Shown: positions 12,357 through 26,925, numbered from the stretch's first letter. The stretch is DNA of 64,000 nucleotides from Amoebidium appalachense (GCA_963693365.1 CAVNZM010000006.1:4567264-4631263); one strand, 5' to 3'. The notes: generated from the sequence alone by a model not told the origin. A program made the numbers and translations.

Positions 12357-12922
12357 CTCCCTCCTCTCCTCCCCCCCCCCCCCACCCATCCCCCCCGAAC
12401 ACACACACACACACACACATGCACACACACACACACACAATACATCATACCGTCTTGCAAATCCTTGCAACTCGTATCAATACTTCTTGTCTCTCGAGCT
12501 TCTTTTCTTTTGTCACTGATGTCCATCTCAACTTCCCCTCCTGCTCGCCCCCCTCCCCCACACACAACCACACTGCACACACACACACACAGTGCGGTGC
12601 CTGCAACACCGCCATGGGTGAGGCCAGTGTTGGTGCCCTGGGCAAGAAATTCCACCCGTCATGCTGGAAATGCGCACAGTGCAGTGGTGCACTCACCGGC
12701 CCATTCTTCCCCAAAAACGACAAACCCTACTGCGAGGCATGCACCAAGCAGAACGCTGACAAGTGCGGTGGGTGTGGGGAGGGCCTGGTTGGAGGATACA
12801 TTACCGCCCTTGGGAAGATGTTCCATCCCCCTTGCTTCGTGTGTGGGAAGTGCAAGGGGCCGCTCCAGGGGAATTTCTTTGTGGTGGCGAATGAGCAGCG
12901 CTGTGCTAATTGCTGCCACTGA
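6908..12922 (+). CDS. Calpain-family cysteine protease (CysPc + domain-III-like region) with two C-terminal LIM domains, ~561 aa
   Basis: Exons 6908-7294, 7980-8127, 8526-8731, 9183-9413, 10554-10721, 11383-11598, 12593-12922; all GT-AG with consistent phase. Catalytic triad motifs QGTLGDCYLLSAL, GHAYGLL, LRNPWG. Last exon has two CxxC..HxxCxxCxxC..CxxC LIM patterns. Confidence 0.92.
10067..10426 (+). mobile_element. Poly-C-associated repeat, subfamily A, copy 1 (calpain intron 4)
   Basis: Near-identical to 61014-61373, 53308-53637 and 57403-57581. Ends GCATTCAAA followed by a C-run. Confidence 0.85.
10186..10339 (+). ncRNA. Putative non-circularly permuted hammerhead ribozyme (subfamily A)
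   Basis: GUU at 10256-10258, GAAA 10286-10289, CUGAGGA 10319-10325. Stem III ACAGUAUCUGAGU/ACUCGGGUACUGU, stem II GACCUA/UAGGUC, stem I GGG/CCC. Covaries with subfamily B. Confidence 0.62.
11672..12082 (+). mobile_element. Poly-C-associated repeat, subfamily B, copy 1 (calpain intron 6)
   Basis: Near-identical to 58729-59121. Shares the structured core with subfamily A. Flanked by C-runs, ends GCATTCAA-C. Confidence 0.85.
11809..11970 (+). ncRNA. Putative non-circularly permuted hammerhead ribozyme (subfamily B)
   Basis: GUU 11881-11883, GAAA 11915-11918, CUGAGGA 11949-11955. Stem III GUCUGAGU/ACUCAGAC, stem II GACCCU/GGGGUC, stem I GGAG/CUCC. Confidence 0.62.
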
Positions 12923-14022
12923 GTGTGGGGGAGAGGGGGGTTGCGAGGGTAGGCATATGTGCACGTGTGTGGACACGTATTGTGTGTGTGGGTGGGTGGG
13001 TGGGTGGGTGCAGGGCAAGTGTTAGTAATACGACATTTTGAGGTGGAGGTGAAGGCGTAGACGTGTGTTTGCGTCGTGTAGGTGTGTCCTATGGATAAGT
13101 TGTTTATATAACGGTGGTTGGAGTAGATAAACCATAAGTGAAGTTCATTGATAATCACTTAATAATTGTTTAGCATTCTGTCAATGACGTGTCAGGCACG
13201 GAGTGTAATGCAAATTGTGATAAAGAACACAATACATTAGCTATAGTAATGCAGCATGTAGTGCAGGCGCAGTTTTGCCCTAATAAAGTTACAGAGGTCG
13301 TGGGTAGGTCACGGCATTGGCACTAATTATCATAGTGGTTGATGCAGATATTGCTTAATTATGGTTATGAAGTAAACTTCTGCTTGTTCTAATATGCCAT
13401 CCTAGTCGTGGTTGGACCGACCGATGTCACGGTGTGTGTGCAACGTTTTAGTTCGGGTTGGGGGGGGGGCGGGGCTGTTGCACTTCATGTTTGGGCACGT
13501 GATAAGTACTGTAGGGCCCCGAAAAGTGGGGCCCTACAGTAACGTTTTGAGGTTAGGCCCACCGGATTTTCATTCAGTGGCTCTAATACAGCCAAAGTAA
13601 TAAAAAAAAAGAACCCCAAACAAGGTTGGTGGTCTCCACTGAGTCAGCGCCGGCCAGAGAGAGGAAAAGTTGCTAAATCGCCGGTGCCGTCGCACAGGTC
13701 GGCCTGAACACGTCTACATGTGTACACGTCACTTGATGGTTTAAAAAAACAACCAATAGGAAGGTTTCTAGGTTATCTATTTTCAGTAATTCTCTGATGT
13801 GAAACCAATCAGGTTGCCGTGTTGTCCGATTGGAATGTGCGAACCTTGAGGCTGATAAAACGCAAAACGCACCGGGTTGCTTAGTGCTTACAAAAGGAAG
13901 ACGTAAACAGACTCAAACACCAGTTTTTCTGCACATAACCAGCCCACCCGACTCAGTACTAGTCTCGAGCTCCCACCCTCTGCCTCTTTTTTCTACTTTA
14001 TACACCATAAAAAGCCGCCAAC

Positions 14023-14733
14023 ATGTATATCGCCTCCTTCATTTTCGCTCTCGCGGCCCTTTCCGCCCTTGCTGCCCCTTCGCAAGATCAGGTGGACGAT
14101 GGCGAATGTTGTGCCATTGAAGACATGACAATGTGCAATCGCCTTGGGTCCATAGGTTCAAGTGTGGCAACCCCTGTATGCTGCAACGACGGTTTTTGGG
14201 GATGCGTTTCGCCAGGCGCCGCGGGTCCAAGCGGGTGTGAGCGGTCGGTTGGATTCAACAGAAACCCATCGTGCAAGAAACCCAAACCAAGCGATGATTC
14301 TTTCCTCATTGCACAGTTTACAACTGAAGATGACTACCCTTGGCTTACCTTGGCCTCTGTCCCTGAGTCCAACAGCGTAAGTCTTGGCGGTAGCAGATAC
14401 ACTCCGTTTGTGTGGAGGGAAGGCCGCCTGGCTAATTTCTACGACAAGAGCAGATGTCTCAAGGCGAAATCGGGTAAACTCGTCTTTGGACCCTGCCATC
14501 GTGCCACGATTTGGGAGACGATTCCTGTGGATCCCGAGCAGACGTGGACTAAAGTGGGTGAGGAGCCTGTTGTAAATATTGTCACTGGGAAAGGAAGAAG
14601 CAGGAAGTGTGTGGAGATTAATGAAGTGCCTACTGATGGGAGATTGAGTTGGTTGCCTGTAGTGGTGAAGTGCACAGGTGGAGATACGCAGAAATTCTTT
14701 CTGTGGAACGCAAACGCGGAGCTGTCTTCCTGA
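14023..14733 (+). CDS. Secreted protein: signal peptide + 8-Cys module + ricin-B/beta-trefoil-like C-terminal domain (236 aa, intronless)
   Basis: Hydrophobic N-terminus MYIASFIFALAALSALAAP; CC-C-CC-C-C-C module; ricin-like segments RCLKAKSGKLVFGPC and KCVEI...VVKCTGGDTQKF. Paralog at 18901. Confidence 0.8.
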   Translation: MYIASFIFALAALSALAAPSQDQVDDGECCAIEDMTMCNRLGSIGSSVATPVCCNDGFWGCVSPGAAGPSGCERSVGFNRNPSCKKPKPSDDSFLIAQFTTEDDYPWLTLASVPESNSVSLGGSRYTPFVWREGRLANFYDKSRCLKAKSGKLVFGPCHRATIWETIPVDPEQTWTKVGEEPVVNIVTGKGRSRKCVEINEVPTDGRLSWLPVVVKCTGGDTQKFFLWNANAELSS

Positions 14734-16032
14734 ATGATAGGACCTTGAAAAGGGGTTTCCTATTTGGGTTTTTTTTTTTCCTTACTAATAGAGTGGTTGA
14801 TAATAGTTTTATGTGTTTATTGTTGTTTTGGAGAGGTTTTGTTTGCTACCCTGGTTGAACTAAGATTTTCCGAACTGACTCGAGTTAACGTTCGGCGGGC
14901 AGTTCATGTAAACACGTGCACAAATGACAACAGTGTTATGATAGCTAAAAAGCGGTTTGTATCTTTATGTTTCTATCTATAGAAATGATGTACATTCATA
15001 CTGTACAGTCTGATATAGTTTGCAAAGTCATAGGAATGGCTCGTCGGAGCCATCATGATGTGAAAGCGGTACCGTATATATATGGTAATAAATGTCTTAT
15101 AGTATAACAAGGCTATGCCGATTAGTTATAAAGAAAATTGTATAAAAGAGCTCAGCTCACATTATGCTTACATTCTTGTACCACATTCTTGTACCACGTG
15201 CCACCTCAAGCCTCAGGGCTGCAATAAAACCGCCGTTCATGCCCTCGACATTGCTATGAACTGGACTCGATGTTGTAATACGCACTCTGACGCTGGGGAA
15301 GGATTCCATTTTCCCCCCTTCCCCCCCCCCCCCCCCCCCCCCCCCCCTCCTCTCTCCCCCCATCCCTTTCCCTCTTAGTCTCCGCTCGTATATACCTACG
15401 TGGCACTCTGGCTTCTTGCATTCTGTGCCAAAGTGTCTTGCCCCCCCCCCCCCCCCCCCCCCCCCCCTCCCCCCCCCCTCCACCCCTTCCCCCGGACCAA
15501 CCTTTTTCTTTCGGAGTCCAGAGGGCCGGGATAGGGGGAGGAGGGGGGGGAAGGGGGATGGAGGGAAAAGGGAGGGAGGGGGGGGGGGAGGGGGGGGGGA
15601 GAAGGGAGGAGGGGGGGTGGAGGGGGAGGGGGGCTTGGGGGCAACTTGAAAAGTGGGGCAATTCATTCCAAAAAGAAGAGGAAGGAGAAAGAACATCAAA
15701 CCATACACCTTCCCCACAACGGAACAGCTTGAATTTTCCTAATTTCAACGGCCAGGTCTCCAACCCTTCAGTCGCCCGATACATAATTTCACATGCCGCC
15801 CCCTCCCCCCACCCCCTCCCCCCCCCCCCCCCCCTCCTCCTCCCCCCCCCCCCCCCACCCCCCCACCCACTCACTTCCCTCCACCCCCTCGCCCCCTCCC
15901 CCTCCCCCCCCCCCCCACGCACACACACACACACACGGGACGCACACACACACATAAACACACACACGTGTATAACACACAGCCAAAGACGGATGTACAT
16001 ATTGAAACGGCGTTGTCAAGAATGATAACCTT

Positions 16033-16080
<48 letters not shown>

Positions 16081-16384
16081 CCTCCCTCCCTCCCTCTCTC
16101 TCTCTCTCTAGATTCTCTCTCTCTCGCCCCCCCCCCCCCCCCCCCCCCCCCACCCACGCGTGCAAATACACATGATGTGGTTTGACACACAGTGTCACGT
16201 TGATGGTGGCACCAGCTTTAGCCAGCCCCCTCCCCCCCCTTGGCTCCTCCCCCCCCCCCCCCCCTCCCCCCCCTTCAGCTCTCTCCCCCCTCCTCCCCCC
16301 TCCTCCCCCCTCCCCTTCCCCCCCGGGGCCGAATCCAACACCCCCTAGCTCCCTTCGCCCGCCTCCCCCCTCCCCCCGCCCCCG

Positions 16385-16443
<59 letters not shown>

Positions 16444-16629
16444 AAAAAAAAAAGGTAAAAAGAAGAAGAAGAAGAAGAAGAGATCCATCCATCATTTCGG
16501 CCGATACATACAGTCGGACGTGTAGCGTGTGGCCTCTACAGGCATCATATCCCATCTCATTTCTGTATATTCCCTCATTGTCGCACCATTCTTTTTCATT
16601 CTCTTTTTTCTGACCTTCACAAATCTTCT

Positions 16630-16702
<73 letters not shown>

Positions 16703-16855
16703 ACCCCAATAAAAAAAAAGGAAAGGAAGGGGGGGGGGGGGAATGACCGAAGGGGGGCTATGGCGTACAATGGCACATGCGCGCGCACGCGCGCAGGCAC
16801 GCGCACACCCACACCCACACCCACACCCACAAACGCACACACGCATGAGCGCGCG

Positions 16856-16955
<100 letters not shown>

Positions 16956-17225
16956 AAAAGAAAGCATACTAGGTCTAAGAAGGATGGCACCGAATTAATC
17001 CAGAGACTACAAATCTGCAGAAATTCAGTACAAAGTTGCCAAATTTTGTCCACCACGCATTTTCTTTCTCTCTCTTCCTCTCTTCTTTACTCTATTAGTA
17101 AGCTATACGACGGTCATAAATTGGAAAATCAGATCTGACATGGACCATAAATTGGAGTTCTGAGATGTTTAATTATTTGACAGATGGTGAGATCTCGTGC
17201 ACTCAAGAAAAAGGGGGGTGATGAG

Positions 17226-17276
<51 letters not shown>

Positions 17277-17301
17277 ATTCCGGATGATCAATCAGCTCCT
17301 C

Positions 17302-17337
<36 letters not shown>

Positions 17338-17486
17338 CCACCAAAAAAAAAAAAAAACTCCACCCACCCCTAGCTTCTCCCCCTCCCCGGGCTCATGATC
17401 TCCTCACCGTGGCAGTTGTTAGCAAACATAATCAAGTGTGGCTCTGCGAGAGGGGGGGGGAGGGGGGGAGGGGGGGGGGGGGGGGG

Positions 17487-17570
<84 letters not shown>

Positions 17571-18900
17571 AGCTAGAGAGGGCGGCGGAGAGCGCTCGAC
17601 AGAGAGAGAGAGGAGGGGAGAGAGAGAGAGAGAGAGAGAGTCTCAAAGAAACCTTTAGAGGGAGAGTTGAAAAAGGCCTCCAGGCTCATCCGGGGGAGAT
17701 CCGGCTCATTCGGCTTTGAAGGCTTCTCCCCTACTAGCTTTCCGCCCCCCTCCTCTCTCCGCCCGCCTCCTCTCTCCGGAAGTCCCCCCCCCCCCCCCCC
17801 CCCCCCCCCCACAATCACCAGGCTATCCCCTCGCCGCCCCCCCCCTCCCGGGCCCGGGCATGCATCCGGATAATCCCCCACGTCCCACTCCACTTTGATG
17901 ACCTGCACTTTGAGGTCCTGGACTTTGAGGTCCTGGCCCCCTGACCCTGGGCCACTGGTGGCTCTCACGTGCACATTCCTGGCTACAGGCCTACATGTGC
18001 GCTGTGAATTTCTCGCACTGTACATACATGCACACTGAGTGAGTCAATTCAAGTTGGTCGCGCCGTTGGAAATAATATGCGATGCATATGCGCCTGCCTT
18101 GCAGTACACGTACAGCGGACCCGACTCTGTATATATGTACAGGGTGCCACTTCATCAAGCCAGGGTGTGCAGTATCGATGCATATGATGGCATGCCGGGC
18201 ATCACGGACAAGGTCCGATTATTGTGCATAGTAAACGTGTATTAGTGCCAAGATTTGTGCGAGCTCGAGTTGCCTGCCACGCCACATTCGAACTCAATGT
18301 ATGCACGTTCAATCAAAACAGAACGGAGTCGTGTCTCCCTGGCAACAACCGTTGGCGACATGAAACAAGTTACCAATGCAACTACCGTAAATAGACGCCC
18401 CCCAAATGTGTTGAAATGTGCGATAGAGAACCAAGAGGAGCCCATGGCATGACGTAACGAGGGTGGGCCACGAACTTCCTCTCGTGGCTTTGGACGGTCC
18501 ATTGCCGGATATAGGACTATAGGTACGTACATGTGCGGACTCCTGTAACGCCAAATATAGAACACGGTGATCTACTTTGTAGACTACGTCGAACTAAAAT
18601 GACGAATAGGAAAGCGCCTCTTCATTGTTTTGATAATGTCAACCAATCATTATGGAGCCTTATCGTACATTCCTAACTAGATTTTCAGAGCCACTGCCTG
18701 CGCATGCAGGCGCCGTTTGCGCGGTGTGAACGAGACTCCCACCATCTCTGCCGAACTTGTAAATGTGGCCGTGCGCCAACATATTAAAAAGGCGTTTTTC
18801 GCAAGAAGACATCACATACACAACAGTCTCCGGCTCACCCACTCACAGAGCTACTCACAGTGTTTGAACGACGTTGTCGTTTCCTGCAAACACCAACAAC

Positions 18901-19605
18901 ATGAAATTTCTCTCCTTCTCCACCATGTTCGCTCTCGCGGCGCTCTCTTCCGTCGAAGCCGACGCGGCCAAGTGCTGCTCGCCCAAGACCCAGTACATGT
19001 GCAACAATTTGGGCTCCATTGGCTCCACCACAGCGGTCGCTGTCTGTTGCAATGATGGCACATGGGGGTGTACAAAGCCCGGCGCCGCAGGCCCCAGTGC
19101 GTGTCCTGACGCCGGCGGCTCCAACGTGTTAACCAAGACCCTGCGTGCACGTACGGGAAAAAACCAAGTGACACTTCGTTCATGATTGCCCCGTTCGGGA
19201 CGCCGACTTGTTGGCCTTCAGGGCTTCACAACACCAACGGAACTGTGTCTTTGGGTAATGGATACACCCCGTTTGTGTGGAAGGGGGGCAAGCTGGCGAA
19301 CTACTATGACAAGAGCAAGTGCCTGCGTACAAAGGGGAAGAGAGTCGTTGTGGGGTCGTGCAAGGGTGCGAATTTGGGAGACTGTTGAGGCCGAGCCCAA
19401 GGAGAGGTGGACCAAGGTTGGTGACGGGGAGCCTGTGGTGAATCTCGTGACCGGGCAAGGAAGTAAGAGAAAGTGCGCTGAGATTAAGAACGGTAAGCCG
19501 CCTGGTGGGTCGTGGAAGCAGTGGGTGGAAGTTGTAAAGTGCAATAAGGAGTGGATGCAGAAATGGTTCCTGTGGAACGGAAACGAGATGTTGCCAAAGA
19601 ACTAA
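18901..19605 (+). pseudogene. Frameshifted paralog of the 14023-14733 secreted lectin-like gene (pseudogene or base-call errors)
   Basis: Homology runs through three ORF segments (MCNNLGSIGS; YTPFVWKGGKLANYYDKSKCL; IWETV...WTKVG), with frame changes near 19125 and 19371. Confidence 0.75.
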
Positions 19606-20606
19606 GTGTACAAATATCTGTTGGATAACACGTGATTATCACTTGAGTACGGCGTGCAATGATGTGCAATAATGCATAACACCTGATAGTTTATAATTTT
19701 CAATGAATTTGGGCCATGTCGAACATCGGAGTGGTTTGGTGGCATGTATTGTGTTAACGTTGGTAACTTTTAAACATGCAGGGATTGAGGAGATTAAAAC
19801 CCCTGGGGTGATTTGACGTAATCCATATTATGTCCAGAAATGTTGTGTATGTAGCAGTAGTGGTGATATAATGCTAATGTGTGCACCGAGATATTGATAG
19901 CAATATATCATCGTGAAAAGTATTGGGCACCACGTGTACAGTGACATGGATGATGCTGGTACGGTCGGTCGAAAAAAATGTGTTTTTCGGATCAAATACG
20001 AATATACAAAGTAAACTGAACCGTGGCAGTGTGAAAACTACTGTTAATTAGTATAGTATGCAAAATACCGAAGAACCCCACTGTGACAGTGTGCGTGGGA
20101 GTGTTTCGTCGTGTACACTCTGCACATCTTTTGTAAAGCCAGCCCCACCCCCCCCACCCCATCCCCCAGCCCACCCCACCCTCTTACACCCACAACCACG
20201 CGCACCGTTTCTTTTTTTTCCTCTCCGCATTTGTTGAGTCCGAGGCACTAAACTGGGAGTCTTGAAGGCACTGTGGAGGTGTTTGTGTGTGTGTGTGTTT
20301 GGGGGGGGGGGGGGGGGGGGGTTGTGCGTGTGTGTGTGTGTCTGTGTGTCTACATGTGTGTAAACACCTGTGTGTGCGCTGTGTGTGTGTGTGTATCTAT
20401 GTATGTGACACATGTGTGTGAGCGCATGTGTTTGTGTGTGTGTGCAGATGTGTCGTGTGTGTGTGTGCATGTGTGCACATGTGTTTGTATGTCTGTGTGT
20501 GTTAGCACGCGAGTCACGAGGGTCTGCTTTCTTCAAGAGTCCCGGGGGGGTTGGGGGGGTGGGTGGGGGGGGGAGGGCAGCTTTAGATGTTCTGTTCACA
20601 ACTCAC

Positions 20607-20698
20607 CGTGTGGCCTTGGTTCCAATGAAAATTGCGAAGGTGCCCCGTCTTGGATCACTAACAAAAAAGTCGTCTATCTTATCATCGGGACCGGACAG
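20607..20698 (-). CDS. Probable internal exon of an unresolved multi-exon gene (~20050-22600)
   Basis: ttcag| acceptor and |gtgagt donor flank an open frame LSGPDDKIDDFFVSDPRRGTFAIFIGTKATR. Further exon-like islands near 20270, 21040 and 21360. No homology recognised. Confidence 0.4.
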
Positions 20699-21523
20699 CT
20701 GAACATGGCTATTTTTATGGTGCAAGTCACATTTCGATCACGTTAAGGCGTACAGGAGGAGTGTGCCCTGTCATGCAACAAAGGGTTCAACCAGGTCATG
20801 CCAGGCGGTGCATGATTCTAAACCAATCCAACAGGGCAGCTGGTAGCCACTATTATAGTGTAACCAACCCGTTTGCTGTACATATTATAATTGGCTACCA
20901 AATACTATATGCTTGTATATATATATCACCTGTCATGCGAAACAGGGACGGGAGCCAAAAATCCTTTTTTTTTTATGCCCGGTCGATGATATCTTACGCA
21001 AATGCTGGTCAAGTGCAACACTTGAGCAAGGAGGTGTGTTCTAGGCCTCTGGAGAGATGGGGGGTGGGGGGTAGGGATGAGAGGGGGGGGGGGGGGGGGG
21101 GGGGGGAAGGGGGGCAAGCTAGAGCCTCAGAGAACTCTAGAGACAGAGATTAAGGCGAGAAAGAGGGGGAATGTGGGTGGGGATGGGAGAAAGAAAGAAA
21201 GGAAGGGAGACAGGGGGACGGAGACAGAGGGGAGGGGGGGGTCGAGGGATGGGGGAGGTAGGGCACGGAGAGACACACACAATGTATCTGTGGGCCCCGG
21301 TGTGACTCCGTGTGGCCGCTTGTGTTGGCATGTCGCGGTTTCCCATGATTACCGCGCCCACTGACAGGAATAAATACAAAATGGGAACCAATGTTACCAT
21401 GGACCATGTGAATCTCCTTGTGTGTGCCTTTTTGCCTCCGTATATTAAATACACACTGACAAAAATATTACGAGAAAAAAAGTGAAAAAGAAAGCAATGT
21501 AAGTTGGCCAACAAAAGAAAAGC

Positions 21524-21554
<31 letters not shown>

Positions 21555-21889
21555 CCCCCCAACCCCCCAACCCCTCCCCCCTCTTTTTCTTTCAAATACG
21601 AAGACACGATATTGTCCACTTCACCCTCCCACCCACGCCCCTCAGCTACCCACCCCAAAAAGCATGTATATACACAGCACACGCATGCGCGCACACACGT
21701 CAACACCAATAACAACGCGACCCCACACGTTCACAGAAGCTTAAGGGAGACTGAGTATATGGGAAGAGACTGAGATACATAATAAGCCATGATTAGAGCT
21801 TGAAGGGGGAAGAAAGGGGGGGGAGGAGGGAACGGGGGGAAGAGAGAGAGGGAGAAAGAGCGAGCGAGAGAAGGGGGGGGGGGGGAGGG

Positions 21890-22328
<439 letters not shown>

Positions 22329-22426
22329 AAAGAGCTCGAGAGTCGAAAGGAGGTGTGCTTGTATGTACTGGGAGAGCAGGTAGGCACAAAGGCAGGCGGG
22401 CGGGTGGGTTTTGTGTGCGTGTGTGT

Positions 22427-22472
<46 letters not shown>

Positions 22473-22478
22473 CGTTTC

Positions 22479-22509
<31 letters not shown>

Positions 22510-23508
22510 GTCGAAAGGAAGGCATCCTTGTACACTGATTTGATTGGCCAGATCCTGGATCAATAAGTTGAAATAAACACGGCCGTATGTCCGTGCAATC
22601 ATACGGTACTCTGATCATGTCTTATAACCACGTGTCTGGAGACCATGGGAAGCTCCCATGAACCATCTATCTTACCAGAGGCATGTAAAAGATTACGAAG
22701 GTTTATTCCCGTTATAAGTGTAACACATATTTGTTAACTTATTACGTCTTAAACAATGAACATATGTATACGCGTGCACCTGTACGCGAAAGGCAATCTA
22801 ATTTATGGGGGAATGTTGTGAATGAGTGTAAGCGAATGAACAATCAATAGACTTAGCTGTATATGGCGAAAAGCCACAAGCCAAGAGCCACGAGCCGCCG
22901 GCGAAAGATTGCCATGAGGCTTGTACTTATATTCTTACAGAGAGATGAAATCAATTAACAGAGTGTGTAAATAATTAACAATGATATAAGGCTGATATAT
23001 ATCTGTCATTCTAGAGAAATATGTAGTAACTTGTAATGTAAATATGCCCTGTACGTACTGTCTCTATATGATAAGTAGCTGTGAGCCGGATCCACTCATA
23101 AGGTCTTATAGGATGACATCATAGTGAGCAAAGAATAGATCGAATAGATTGATTGGTTAGATCTGTAGCCGCGCACTTTGTACATAGATGTCGGAACTCT
23201 TTTAACATGAAATTTAGTGTAGCCAAGAGCGCTAGAAAGTATAAAAGGTAGTTAGAATTCGTTAGATAGAAGGGGTCTTTCCCGTTCTTAGTACATGGTC
23301 ACAACTAAGGGAAATAACACGCATAGAATAGGCATCGCTTGTCTATGGTCATCACTATTGCCTGTAGGCCATCGTATTGATACAGTCACGTACAGTTCCC
23401 TCGTCACATCTACATTACGGCCAGGTTGCCACAGCTTATAAGCATCAATAAACGTCCAAGTATCCAAAAATTGCCATACTTAGTGTGTAACAGACCGCCG
23501 TCCTCAAC

Positions 23509-23556
<48 letters not shown>

Positions 23557-23981
23557 TGTCTGTATGTGTGTGTGTATGTGTGCGCGCGCGCGTGTCTGCG
23601 CGCGCGCGTGCGTGCGTGCTGCGTGTGTGTGTGTGCGTCTGTATCTGTGTGTAATTTAACAAACGCACCACGCGCAGGTGGATGGATACCCGGGCTGCTG
23701 ACCTTGCACAGTGCACATCAATGACATCATGTGGTGGCCATGCGTACATGTACAGCCCGGTCCATATGTGGGCTTACTGCGAAATCTTACCGTATACGTA
23801 AAGTATTGTAAGATCTAGAATGATCTTTGCTCTTTGCGATGATGACCACGCATGCCAAGACTGAATGACATCTATTGAGTTCTATTTGTCGTTTTCATTG
23901 GTGTATTTCTATTTCCTAACCAAAAATGGTGTTTCTAAATGTTAGGGCTTGAAAAATTAGAAATTTCCGTTTGAGCGCGCG

Positions 23982-24016
<35 letters not shown>

Positions 24017-24401
24017 CAGAAAAACTGGGCATTGAAGAGCTCTTTGTAGCATTCTTGTTTTTATGTTTCTATATGCCATACGAAATCATTAAATGTATAC
24101 ACAGTGTATGTGACAAATAAGCCTTCAAATCACTTTTTGCCCGCACGATGCATCAAAAGAGAACTTCGAACCCTGTCCATTAGAGTGACTCTGACTCACT
24201 TGGCAAAAACGTTTGAAAGTTTCAGGTGTTTCACGTGTGTCACACCGACCACACACACACACATGGGCTATCTCAAACACGTGACAAATCTAATCTCTAC
24301 CTTTTCGACAAGAAAACTCTACCTTTTCTTCTTGTCGATTGGTAACGCCTCCTTTTACTTTCCCTCTTCTTCTTGCAGCAGCATCTATATTATCATCGAA
24401 C

Positions 24402-24915
24402 ATGGGCTGTCCGAGTTTCAAACACCACAGAAACATGATGAGCGAGCTCTTGTTGGCTCAAGTGAGGTGGTGTGTGCGCGTGCTATTCCTCTTAGGTCTC
24501 CTCTCCCAGGTGTGGGCGGGTGATGTGGTTCTGCGAGCAGCAGGGGAGGACGGGGAGCTAAGAATAGCCTGCCTGGGGTATGTGTCACTCTATGGCGTGT
24601 GATCCTCATCTGTTCGATACATCATGTGTGTCTGTGCGTGTGTGTGCGTGTGCATGCATGTGTGTGTGCATGTGTTTTTATGTATGTGTGTGTGCGTGAG
24701 AATGTGTGCATGTGTGCGTACGTGTGTGTACGTGTTTGCTCGTGTGTTCGTGTGTGCTACAGTGTGTGGGGAAGGGGGCCATGTGTTCATGTGCGCGTGC
24801 GTGCGTGCTTGTGTGTGTTGGTGCGCACGTAGGCATGTGCGTGTGCGCGTGCGCATGAGTGTGCGGGTGCATGTGTGTGCGTGAGTGGGCGTGTGTGTGT
24901 GTGTGTGTGCGTGTG

Positions 24916-24946
<31 letters not shown>

Positions 24947-25517
24947 ATGTGATTAAATATGGCGTGAGTGTGCAGTGATAGCCAAGGTTGTTACAACGAC
25001 GACGTTGATGGATCTGTGTTTTTCTTCCTGCGCCAGTGTCATAGGTTCTTCCAATAGAAAGCCACTACAGCAGTTCCAAACATCGTTTCTTCTTGTAACC
25101 CATGTTCTGTGATAATAAATTATGTTCTTTTCACCTAGCCTTTTTAGCACACACACCTACCCGTTACATCTGACATACACACTTAAAGAGAAAGGGTAAG
25201 CCCTTATAGCCCTCGTGGGTAGGGTTAGGTAGTGGGGCTGGGGGCCGGGGGGGGGGGGGGGGGGGGGGGGGGGTGGAGAGGTGTGGGGGGGGGGGGGGGG
25301 GGGGGGGAAGCAACTTACACTGCACAAACTTGAAGATATCTGCAAGACCTGGTTGATCAGAGGCATATGACCCGCCCCTTCGCAAGCACTTTTCCCTTCT
25401 CATTACTCCTTATTTTATTCGGCCCACATGCCTGCCCGCCTCCCCTCTCCCTTCCCCCCAACCTCTGTCTCTCCACCCTCGCACACGCACACCCACACCC
25501 ACATGCACACGCTGGCG

Positions 25518-25550
<33 letters not shown>

Positions 25551-26016
25551 CCACCCACACACACACCCACACACCCACCCACACACACACACACACACAG
25601 AACCCCCCTCAACCCCCTGCCCCCCTCCCCCTCTCCTCCTCTCTCTCTCTCCCCCCGCCTTCACCCCCCCCCCCCCCCCCCACACACACACAAAACCCAC
25701 CCACCCGCCTGCCTTTCTGCCAGCCTAGCTCTCCCAACTCAAACACACACCTACCCCACAGGGACAGCCTCACCTATGGGAATGGTATGCACCTTGCTAA
25801 CGCCAACGGTACGGGGCCGATGCCAAATCGCGGCAACTATCCAATGATGATGGAGAAGAATCTGAAGAGGATTGTAAAGGCGAAGATGGGGTTGGAACTC
25901 AAAGTGGGAAATTTCGGTTTGAAATCGGCGACCGCCATGAAACTGCGTTCCTTCCCGGTGAGTCCAAAAAAAAAAAAACTTTTTCTCTAAAGAAGAATTC
26001 ATGTTGGACCCCCGAC

Positions 26017-26050
<34 letters not shown>

Positions 26051-26239
26051 CGGTGCCCCTTCAGGATCCAATGTGTTCACTTTTTTTTACTTATCCCTTA
26101 TTTGCCCTTCACCGTGTTCGTTGTATTTCCGTTTTTTTTTCTTTTTTTTGGTTTTTTGGTTTTTCGTTTGTATGTTGAACCACACTTCAACCCTTACAAC
26201 ACTCCCTCCTTCCTGCCTTCTCCATCTCCTTGTCCTCAA

Positions 26240-26278
<39 letters not shown>

Positions 26279-26364
26279 TTTTCCCCACAAAAAAAAAAAA
26301 GAAAAGAAAGAAACTTGTGGTCAGTACTGAACTGTCCTGTTACGGATGGAGGGGAGGGAGCCCT

Positions 26365-26395
<31 letters not shown>

Positions 26396-26867
26396 GGGGG
26401 AGGGGGGGGAGGGGGGATGGGGGATATGTCTGGTAGTTCAAATCGACCTTTTTTGAATACCGAGGGAGACTATTTTTCCCTCTTTCTTTTCGTCTTTTGT
26501 TCTTTCGCTTTCTGACTGTAATACTACAGAGGGGGGGTGACCGTGCGCAGGTGTCCTACTGGGATAGTGCTCAGTTTGTAGCTGCCAAGGAGTTCAACCC
26601 CCACCTCGTTATTATCTTGTTGGGCACAAACGACGCAAAGATCAAAACATGGTGAGTAAACTTACCACTTCCCCCCCGCTCCGCGGCTTCCCCTCCCCGG
26701 CCTGCCCTCCCTCCCTCCCCCCCCCCATCCCCGCGGCTTGCCCTTCTCCCCCTACTCTCCCCCTTCCTCCTAACACCACCACACATACAACTTATCATGG
26801 TACTAATGCAGACCACCACATTTATGCATACCCACCCACCCACTTATGTAGCCACAAGTGTACACAT

Positions 26868-26925
<58 letters not shown>

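Noticed and set aside
19183-19185. In-frame TGA as selenocysteine or readthrough
   Set aside because: Homology to the paralog lies in a different frame across this region, so frameshifts explain it.
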